DNA from: Eledone cirrhosa
Taxonomy: Eukaryota
NCBI GenBank assembly: GCA_964016885.1
Contig: OZ024743.1
Span: forward strand, 181,536,001 to 181,600,000
Reading direction: 5' to 3'
Length of the DNA stretch: 64,000 nt
The first letter of the stretch is position 1, and each line of letters opens with the position of its first letter. The translations under genes were made by a program, and so were the position numbers. The notes below the pieces were generated by a model that was not told where the DNA came from, did not search any database, and saw only the letters and a program-made list of their open reading frames with translations. Of the stretch, positions 55,724 to 64,000 are shown piece after piece.

Positions 55724-57843
55724 TGGTAATTGTGTTGCTGTTGTTGTTGTTATTGGTGGTGGTTTGTAATTGTGTTGTTGTTGTTGTTATTGGTGGTGGT
55801 TTGGTAATTGTGTTGTTGTTGTTGTTGTTATTGGTGGTGGTTTGGAACTTGTGTTGTTGTTGTTGTGTTTATTGGTGGTGGTTTGGTAATTGTGTTGTTG
55901 TTATTGTTGTTATTGGTGGTGGTTTGGTAATTGTGTTGTTGTTGTTGTTGTTATTGGTGGTAGTTTGGTAATTGTGTTGTTGTTGTTGTTGTTGTTGTTA
56001 TTGGTGGTGGTTTGATTATTGTGTTGCTGTTGTTGTTGTTGTTGTTGTTATTGGTGGTGCTTTGGTAATTGTGTTGTTGCTCTTGTTGTTGTTATTGGTG
56101 GTGGTTTGGTAATTGTGTTGTTTTTGTTGGTATTGTTGTTATTGGTGGTGGTTTGGTAATTGTGTTGTTGCTGTTGTTGTTGTTATTGGTGGTGGTTTGG
56201 TAATTGTGTTATTGTTGTTGTTGTTATTGGTGGTGGTTTGGTAATTGTGTTGTTGTTATTGTTGTTATTGGTGGTGGTTTGTTAATTGTGTTGCTGTTGT
56301 TGTTGTTATTGGTGGTGATTTCGTAATTGTGATGTTGTTGTTGTTGTTATTGGTGGTGGTTGGGCAATTGTGTTGTTGTTGTTGGTGGTGGTGGTGGTGG
56401 TGGTTTGGTGATTGTGTTGTTGTTGTTGTTGTTATTGGTGGTGGTTTGGTAATCATGTTGTTGTTGTTGTTGTTGTTATTGGTGGTGGTTTGGTAATTGT
56501 ATTGTTGTTATTGGTGGTGGTTTGGTAATTGTGTTGTTGTTGTTGTTATTCGTGGTGGTTTGGTAATTGTGTTGCTGTTGTTGTTGTTATTGGTGGTGGT
56601 TTGGTAATTGTGTTGTTGTTGTTGTTGTTGTTATTGGTGGTGGTTTGGTAATTGTGTTGTTGTTGTTATTATTGGTGGTGGTTTGCTAATTGTATTGTTG
56701 TTGTTGTTGTTATTGTTGGTGGTTCGATTATTGTGTTGTTGTTGTTGTTGTTGTTATTGGCGTTGGTTTGGTAATTGTGTTGTTTGTGTTATTATTGTTG
56801 GTGGATTGTAATTGTGTTGTTGTTGTTGTTATTATTGGTGGTGGTTTGGTAATTATGTTGATGTTGTTGTTGTTGTTATTGGTGATGGTTTGGTAATTGT
56901 GTTGTTGTTGTTGTTATTGGTGGTGGTTTGGTAATCGTGTTGTTATTGTTGTTGTTATTGGTGGTTGTTTGGTAATTGTGTTGTTGTTGTTGTTGTTATT
57001 GGTGGTGGTTTGGTAATTGTGTTGTTGTTGTTGTTGTTATTGGTGGTGGTTTGGTAATTGTGTTGTTGTTGTTGTTGTTATTGGTGGTGGTTTGGTAAGT
57101 GTGTTGTTGTTGTTGTTATTCGTGGTGGTTTGGTAATTTTGTTGTTGTTGTTGTTATTGGTGGTGGTTTGGTAATCGTGTTGTTATTGATGTTGTTATTG
57201 GTGGTGGTTTGGTAATTGTGTTGTTGTTGTTGTTGTTATTGGTGGTGGTTTGGTAATTGTGTTGTTGTTGTTATTGATGGTTGTTTGATAATTGTGTTGT
57301 TGTTGTTGTTGTTATTGGTGGTGGTTTTGTAATTGTGTTGTTGTTGTTGTTGTTGTTATTGGTGGTGGTTTGGTAATTGTGTTGATGTTGTTGTTATTGG
57401 TGGTGGTTTGGTAATTGTGTTGTTGTTATTGTTGTTATTGGTGGTGGTTTGGTAATTGTGTTGATGTTGTTGTGATTGGTGGTGGTTTGGTAATTGTGTT
57501 GTTGTTATTGCTGTTATTGGTGGTGGTTCGTTAATTGTGTTGTTGTTGTTGTTATTGGTGGTGGTTTGTTAATTGTTTTGTTGTTGGTGTTGTTATTGGT
57601 GGTGGTTTGGTATTTGTGTTGTTGTTGTTGTTGTTGGTGTTATTTGTGGTGGTTTGGTAATTGTGTTGTTGTTGTTGTTGTTATTGTTGTTATTGGTGGT
57701 GGTTTGGTAATTGTGTTGTTGCTGTTGTTGTTGTTGTTGTTGGTGGTGGTTTCGTAATCGTGTTGTTGTTGTTGTTGTTATTGGTGAAAGGATTTTTAAT
57801 TGTGTTGTTGTTGTTGTTGTTATTGGTGGTGGTTTGGTAATTG

Positions 57844-57875
<32 letters not shown>

Positions 57876-58180
57876 TGGTGATTGTGTTGTTAATGTTGTT
57901 GCTATTGGTGGTGGTTTGGTAATCGTGTTGTTGTTATTGATGTTGTTATTGGTGGTAGTTTGGTAATTGTGTTGTTGTTATTGTTGTTATTGGTGGTGGT
58001 TTGGTCATTGTGTTGTTGTTGTTGTTGTTGTTGGTGGTGGTGGTTTGGTAATTGTGTTGCTGTTGTTGTTGTTATTGGTGGTGGTTTGTAATTGTGTTGT
58101 TGTTGTTGTTATTGGTGGTGGTTTGGTAATTGTGCTGTTGTTGTTGTTGTTATTGGTGGTGGTTTGGAACTTGTGTTGTT
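53590..58180 (+). repeat. About 2.32-kb tandem duplication (about 53590-55860 and 55860-58180)
   Basis: ORF offsets 53924/56245 (2321), 54372/56690 and 55176/57494 (2318), 55648/57967 (2319); private TTTGGAACTTGTG at 55841/58163. Confidence 0.9.
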
Positions 58181-58216
58181 GTTATTGTTGTTATTGGTGG
58201 TGGTTTGGTAATTGTG

Positions 58217-58249
<33 letters not shown>

Positions 58250-58299
58250 TGGTAATTGTGTTGCTGTTGTTGTTATTATTGGTGGTGGTTTGGTAATTG

Positions 58300-61200
58300 T
58301 GTTGTTGTTGTTGTTATTGGTGGTGGTTTGCTAATTGAGTTGTTGTTGTTGTTCTTGTTCTTGTTGTTATTGGTGGTGGTTTGGTAATTGTGTTTTTGTT
58401 GTTGTTGTTGTTGTTATTGGTGTTGGTTTGATGATTCTGTTGTTGTTGGTGTTGTTATTGATATTGGTGATTATGTTGTTGTTGTTATTGGTGGTGGTTT
58501 GATGATTGTGTTGTTGTTGTTGTTGTTGTTATTATTGGTGGTGATTTGAAGATTGTGTTGTTGTTGGTGTTGTTGTTATTGGTGGTGGTTTGGTGATTGT
58601 GTTGTTGTTGTTGTTGTTGTTGTTTTTATTGGTGGTGGTTTGATGATTGTGTTGTTGTTGGTGTTGTTGTTGGTGGTGGTTGTGGTTTGATAATTGTGTT
58701 GTTGTTATTGTTGTTATTGGTGGTGGTTTGGTAATTGTGTTTCTGTTGTCGTTGTTATTGGTGGTGGTTTGTAATTGTGTTGTTGTTGTTATTGGTGGTT
58801 GTTTGGTAATTGTGTTGTTGTTGTTGTTGTTATTGGTGGTGGTTTGGTAATTGTGTTGTTGTTGTTGTTGTTATTGGTGGTGGTTTGCTAATTGTATTGT
58901 TGTTGTTGTTGTTATTGTTGGTGGTTCGATTATTGTGTTGTTGTTGTTGTTGTTATTGGTGGTGGTTTGGTAATTGTGTTGTTGTTATTATTGTTGGTGG
59001 TTTGTAATTGTGTTGTTGTTGTTGTTGTTGTTATTTGGTGGTTTGGTGATTGTGTTGTTGTTGTTGTTATTGGTGGTGGTTTGGTAATTGTGTTGTTGTT
59101 GTTGTTTTTATTGTTGGTGGTTTGGTAATTGTGTTGTTGTTGTTGTTGTTGTTATTGGTGGTGGTTTGGTAATTGTGTTGTTGTTGTTGTTGTTATTGAT
59201 GGTGGTTTGGTAATTGTGTTGTTGTTGTTGTTATTATTGGTGGTGGTTTGGTAATTATGTTGTCGTTGTTGTTATTGGTGGTGGTTTCCTAATTGTGTTG
59301 TTGTTGATGTTTGTTATTGTTGGTGGTTTGGTAATTGTGTTGTTGTTGTTGTTGTTGTTGTTGTTGGTGGTGGTTTGGTAATTGTGTTGTTGTTGTTGTT
59401 GTTATTGGTGGTGGTTTTCTAATTGTGTTGTTGTTGTTGTTGTTGTTATTGGTGGTGGTTTGGTAATTCTGTTGTTGTTGTTATTGGTGGTGGTTTGATT
59501 ATTGTGTTGTTATTGTTGTTGTTGTTATTGGTTGTGGTTTGATTATTGTGTTGTTGTTGTTGTTGTTATTGGTGGTGGTTTGGTAATTGTGTTGTAGTTG
59601 TTGTTGTTGTTATTGATGCTGGTTTGGTAATTGTGTTGTTGTTGTTGTTGTTATTGGTGGTGGTTTGGTAATTGTGTTGTTGTTGTTGTTATTGGTGGTG
59701 GTTTGTAATTGTGTTGTTGTTGTTGTTATTGGTGGTGGTTTGGTGATTGTGTTGTTGTTGTTGTTGTTGTTATTGGTGTTGGTTTGGTAATTGTGTTGTT
59801 GTTGTTGTTGTTATTGTTGGTGGTTTGTAATTGTGTTGTTGTTGTTGTTGTTATTGGTGGTGGTTTGGTAATTGTGTTGTTGTTGTTGTTATTGGTGGTG
59901 GTTTGATTATTTTGATATTTTTGTATTTGTTGTTATTGGTGGTGGTTTAGTAATTGTGTTGTTGTTGTTATTGTTATTGGTGATGGTTTGGTAATTGTGT
60001 TGTTGTTGTTGTTGTTGTTGTTATTGGTGGTGGTTGGTAATCGTGTTGTTATTGTTGTTGTTATTGGTGGTGGTTTGTAATTGTGTTGTTGTTGTTGTTG
60101 TTGGTGGTGGTTTGGTAATTGTGTTGTTGTTGTTATTATTGGTGGTGGTTTGGTAATTGTGTTGTTGTTGTTGTTATTGGTGGTGGTTTGTAATTGTGTT
60201 GTTGTTGTTGTTATTGGTGGTGGTTTGGTAATTGTGTTGTTGTTGTTGTTGTTATTGGTGGTGGTTTGGTAATTGTGTTGTTGTTGTTGTTATTGGTGGT
60301 GGTTTGCTAATTGAGTTGTTGTTGTTGTTCTTGTTCTTGTTATTGGTGGTGGTTTGGTAATTGTGTTTTTGTTGTTGTTGTTGTTGTTATTGGTGTTGGT
60401 TTGATGATTCTGTTGTTGTTGGTGTTGTTATTGATATTGGTGATTATGTTGTTGTTGTTATTGGTGGTGGTTTGACGATTGTGTTGTTTTTGGTGTTGTT
60501 GTTGTTATTGGTGGTGGTTTGATGATTGTGTTGTTGTTGGTGTTGTTGTTGTTGGTGTTGGTGGTTTGGTGATTGTGTTGTTGTTGGTGTTGTTGTTGTT
60601 ATTGGTGGTGGTTTGATGATTGTGTTGTTGTTGTTGTTGTTGTTATTGGTGGTGGTTTGAAGATTGTGTTGTTGTTGGTGTTGTTGTTATTGGTGGTGGC
60701 TTGGTGATTGTGTTGTTGTTGTTGTTTTTATTGGTGGTGGTTTGATGATTGTGTTGTTGTTGGTGTTGTTGTTGGTGGTGGTTGTGGTTTGATAATTGTG
60801 TTGTTGTTATTGTTGTTATTGGTGGTGGTTTGGTAATTGTGTTTCTGTTGTCGTTGTTATTGGTGGTGGTTTGTAATTGTGTTGTTGTTGTTATTGGTGC
60901 TTGTTTGGTAATTGTGTTGTTGTTGTTTTTGTTATTGGTGGTGGTTTGGTAATTGTGTTGTTGTTGTTGTTGTTATTGGTGGTGGTTTGCTAATTGTATT
61001 GTTGTTGTTGTTGTTATTGTTGGTGGTTCGATTATTGTGTTGTTGTTGTTGTTGTTATTGGTGGTGGTTTGGTAATTGTGTTGTTGTTGTTATTATTGTT
61101 GGTGGTTTGTAATTGTGTTGTTGTTGTTGTTGTTGTTATTTGGTGGTTTGGTGATTGTGTTGTTGTTGTTGTTATTGGTGGTGGTTTGGTAATTGTGTTG

Positions 61201-64000
61201 TTGTTGTTGTTTTTATTGTTGGTGGTTTGGTAATTGTGTTGTTGTTGTTGTTGTTGTTATTGGTGGTGGTTTGGTAATTGTGTTGTTGTTGTTGTTGTTA
61301 TTGATGGTTGTTTGGTAATTATGTTGTCGTTGTTGTTATTGGTGGTGGTTTCCTAATTGTGTTGTTGTTGTTGTTTGTTATTGTTGGTGGTTTGGTAATT
61401 GTGTTGTTGTTGTTGTTGTTGTTATTGGTGGTGGTTTGGTAATTGTGTTGTTGTTGTTGTTATTATTGGTGGTGGTTTGGTAATTATGTTGTCGTTGTTG
61501 TTATTGGTGGTGGTTTCCTAATTGTGTTGTTGTTGTTGTTTGTTATTGTTGGTGGTTTGGTAATTGTGTTGTTGTTGTTGTTGTTGTTATTGGTGGTGGT
61601 TTGGTAATTGTGTTGTTGTTGTTGTTGTTATTGGTGGTGGTTTTCTAATTGTGTTGTTGTTGTTGTTGTTGTTATTGGTGGTGGTTTGGTAATTCTGTTG
61701 TTGTTGTTGTTGTTATTGGTGGTGGTTTGATTATTGTGTTGTTATTGTTGTTGTTGTTATTGGTTGCGGTTTGATTATTGTGTTGTTGTTGTTGTTGTTA
61801 TTGGTGGTGGTTTGGTAATTGTGTTGTAGTTGTTGTTGTTGTTATTGGTGCTGGTTTGGTAATTGTGTTGTTGTTGTTGTTGTTATTGGTGGTGGTTTGG
61901 TAATTGTGTTGTTGTTGTTGTTATTGGTGGTGGTTTGGTGATTGTGTTGTTGTTGTTGTTGTTGTTATTGGTGTTGGTTTGGTAATTGTGTTGTTGTTGT
62001 TGTTGTTATGGTTGGTGGTTTGTAATTATGTTGTTGTTGTTGTTGTTATTGGTGGTGGTTTGGTAATTGTGTTGTTGTTGTTGTTATTATTGGTGGTGGT
62101 TTGGTAATTGTGTTGTTGTTGTTGTTATTGGTGGTGGTTTGATTATTTTGATATTTTTGTATTTGTTGTTATTGGTGGTGGTTTGGTAATTGTGTTGTTG
62201 TTGTTATTGTTATTGGTGATGGTTTGGTAATTGTGTTGTTGTTGTTGTTGTTATTGGTGGTGGTTGGTAATCGTGTTGTTATTGTTGTTGTTATTGGTGG
62301 TGGTTTGTAATTGTGTTGTTGTTGGTGGTGGTGGTTTGGTAATTGTGTTGTTGTTGTTATTATTGGTGGTGGTTTGGTAATTGTGTTGTTGTTGTTGTTA
62401 TTGGTGGTGGTTTGCTAGTTGTATTGTTGTTGTTGTTGTTATTGTTGGTGGTTCGATTATTGTGTTGTTGTTGTTGTTGTTGTTATTGGTGGTGGTTTGG
62501 TAATTGTGTTGTTGTTGTTGTTGTTGTTGTTATTGGTGGTGGTTTGGTAATTGTGTTGTTGTTGTTGTTGTTATTGATGGTGGTTTGGTAATTGTGTTGT
62601 TGTTGTTGTTATTATTGGTGGTGGTTTGCTAATTGTGTTGTTGTTGTTGTTGTTATTGGTGGTGGTTTGCTAATTGTGTTGTTGTTGTTGTTGTTGTTAT
62701 TGGTGGTGGTTTGGTAATTGTGTTGTTGTTGTTGTTGTTATTGGTGGTGGTTTGATTATTGTGTTGTTATTGTTGTTGATGTTATTGGTTGTGGTTTGAT
62801 TATTGTGTTGTTGTTGTTGTTGTTGTTATTGGTGGTGGTTTGTTCATTGTGTTGTAGTTGTTGTTGTTGTTATTTGTGCTGGTTTGGTAATTGTGTTGTT
62901 GTTGTTATTGGTGGTGGTTTGTTGATTGTGTTGTTGTTGTTGTCGTTGTTATTGGTGGTGGTTTGATAATTGTGTTGTTGTTGTTGTTATTGGTGGTGGT
63001 TTGTAATTGTGTTGTTGTTGTTGTTATTGCTGGTGGTTTGGTGATTGTGTTGTTGTTGTTATTGGTGTTGGTTTGGTAATTGTATTGTTGTTGTTGTTGT
63101 TGTTATTGTTGGTGGTTTGTAATTGTGTTGTTGTTGTTGTTATTGGTGGTGGTTTGGTAATTGTGTTGTTGTTGTTGTTGTTATTGGTGATGGTTTGATT
63201 ATTGTGTTGTTGTTGTTGTTGTTATTGGTGGTGGTTTGATTATTGTGATATTTTTGTATTTGTTGTTATTGGTGGTAGTTTGGTAATTGTGTTGTTGTTG
63301 TTGTTGTTATTGGTGATGGTTTGGTAATTGTGTTGTTGTTGTTGTTGTTGTTATTGGTGGTGGTTTGTAATTGTGTTGTTGTTGTTGTTATTGGTGGTGG
63401 TTTGGTAATTGTGTTGTTGTTGTTGTTGTTATTGGTGGTGGTTTGGTAATTGTGTTGTTGTTGTTGTTATTGGTGTTGGTTTGATGATTCTGTTGTTGTT
63501 GGTGTTGTTATTGATATTGGTGATTATGTTGTTGTTGTTATTGGTGGTGGTTTGACGATTGTGTTGTTTTTGGTGTTGTTGTTGTTATTGGTGGTGGTTT
63601 GATGATTGTGTTGTTGTTGGTGTTGTTGTTGTTGGTGTTGGTGGTTTGGTGATTGTGTTGTTGTTGGTGTTGTTGTTGTTATTGGTGGTGGTTTGATGAT
63701 TGTGTTGTTGTTGTTGTTGTTATTATTGGTGGTGGTTTGAAGATTGTGTTGTTGTTGGTGTTGTTGTTATTGGTGGTGGTTTGGTAATTATGTTGTCGTT
63801 GTTGTTATTGGTGGTGGTTTCCTAATTGTGTTGTTGTTGTTGTTTGTTATTGTTGGTGGTTTGGTAATTGTGTTGTTGTTGTTGTTATTGGTGGTGGTTT
63901 GGTAATTGTGTTGTTGTTGTTGTTTTTATTGGTGGTGGTTTGATGATTGTGTTGTTGTTGGTGTTGTTGTTGGTGGTGGTTGTGGTTTGATAATTGTGTT
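58300..64000 (+). repeat. Sub-domain IV: about 2.0-2.2-kb higher-order repeat with TTGATGATTG-type monomers; two copies, an intervening related segment and the start of a third
   Basis: GATATTGGTGATTATG at about 58460, 60433, 63513; TTTGAAGATTG at about 58546, 60656, 63737; GATATTTTTGTATTTG at about 59914, 62150, 63247; TTTCCTAATT at about 59286, 61349, 61514, 63819. ORF offset 2102 (58647/60749, 58810/60912). Confidence 0.85.

Larger units (their letters stand above)
34000..58300 (+). repeat. Sub-domain III: mosaic higher-order repeats of 2.2-3.5 kb
   Basis: Markers GGTTGTTCGTTTATTG (ORFs 36111, 39465, 42560, 48699, 51188) and GGTTGGGCAATTG plus GGTAATCATG (ORFs 45470, 47637, 50378, 53924, 56245). 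TTTCGTAATT, GGTAATCGTG, GGTGGATTGG and GGTAAGTGTG variants are frequent here. Confidence 0.8.
1..64000 (+). repeat. Tandem satellite/minisatellite array, monomer GGTAATTGT(GTT)nATTGGTGGTGGTTT (23+3n bp, modal 38/41 bp), about 1,550 head-to-tail copies, running off both window ends
   Basis: The core ATTGGTGGTGGTTTGGTAATTGT recurs about every 40 bp from the first to the last line, separated by a variable (GTT)n tract (usually n=4-8). No unique sequence and no inverted segment seen. Copy number estimated as 64000/41. Confidence 0.99.

Noticed and set aside
45490-56456. Five minus-strand ATG ORFs (MITKPPPITT...HHHHHQQQQ)
   Set aside because: They arise from one AATCATG variant plus one ATT-less monomer, copied five times with the higher-order repeat. 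There is no independent evidence of coding.
914-63040. Chi-like octamers: GCTGGTGG variants (e.g. 914, 9775, 10803, 12515) and consensus GGTGGTGG matching the Haemophilus-type GNTGGTGG
   Set aside because: These follow trivially from (GGT)3 and single G-to-C changes. There is no sign of a bacterial context in which RecBCD recognition would matter.
254-63198. About 100 plus-strand ORFs encoding C/W/V/L/G-rich peptides that look like membrane or cysteine-rich proteins
   Set aside because: They are direct translations of (GTT)n/(GGT)n. They begin at TTG within the repeat and pass 60 aa only where the monomer TAA is mutated or skipped by an indel. They overlap in several frames and have no unique sequence.
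1-64000. CRISPR-like layout (23-bp constant repeat plus variable spacer)
   Set aside because: The spacers are just (GTT)n rather than unique sequences, the repeat is not palindromic, and there is no leader or cas gene.
1-64000. C-free strand as a product of bisulfite conversion or RIP
   Set aside because: The rare Cs occur in all contexts (GCT, TTC, CTA, TCG) and are faithfully shared among duplicated blocks. RIP would deplete G as well.
1-64000. Pure sequencing or basecalling artefact (low-complexity run)
   Set aside because: Rare variants recur at consistent kilobase offsets in nested patterns, which random noise would not produce. Individual duplications still need read validation.
1-64000. 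Homeodomain (TAATTG) and SOX-like (ATTGT) motif in every monomer; frequent stop-preserving TAA-to-TGA change
   Set aside because: Short motifs are expected by chance in any amplified unit. TAA-to-TGA is a simple transition, and stop-destroying variants (TAT, TTATT) are also common, so no regulatory or coding constraint can be supported.

Overview
The whole 64-kb window is one uninterrupted, single-orientation satellite/minisatellite array, most likely eukaryotic heterochromatic or subtelomeric DNA. The host cannot be identified from the sequence. The consensus monomer is GGTAATTGT-(GTT)n-ATT-GGTGGTGGT-TT, of length 23+3n bp (mostly 38 or 41 bp), in roughly 1,550 copies (estimate). The + strand consensus has no C (41-mer: 23 T, 15 G, 3 A). 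I found no credible gene, RNA gene, transposon or CRISPR array; all listed ORFs are translations of the repeat. The real structure is in rare variant monomers. They define four sub-domains (about 1-7.3, 7.3-34, 34-58.3 and 58.3-64 kb) and nested segmental duplications of about 0.16, 0.38, 1.5-1.8, 2.1-2.3, 3.1-3.4 and 7.4 kb, whose order can be partly reconstructed. Two monomer properties deserve testing. Each monomer has four GG runs (a two-tetrad G-quadruplex motif). Its length is 2 mod 3, so all three frames give the same periodic peptide, and the only consensus minus-strand stop is a TAA inside a CAA (Gln) run. Coordinates were read by eye and breakpoints are approximate to within one or two monomers.
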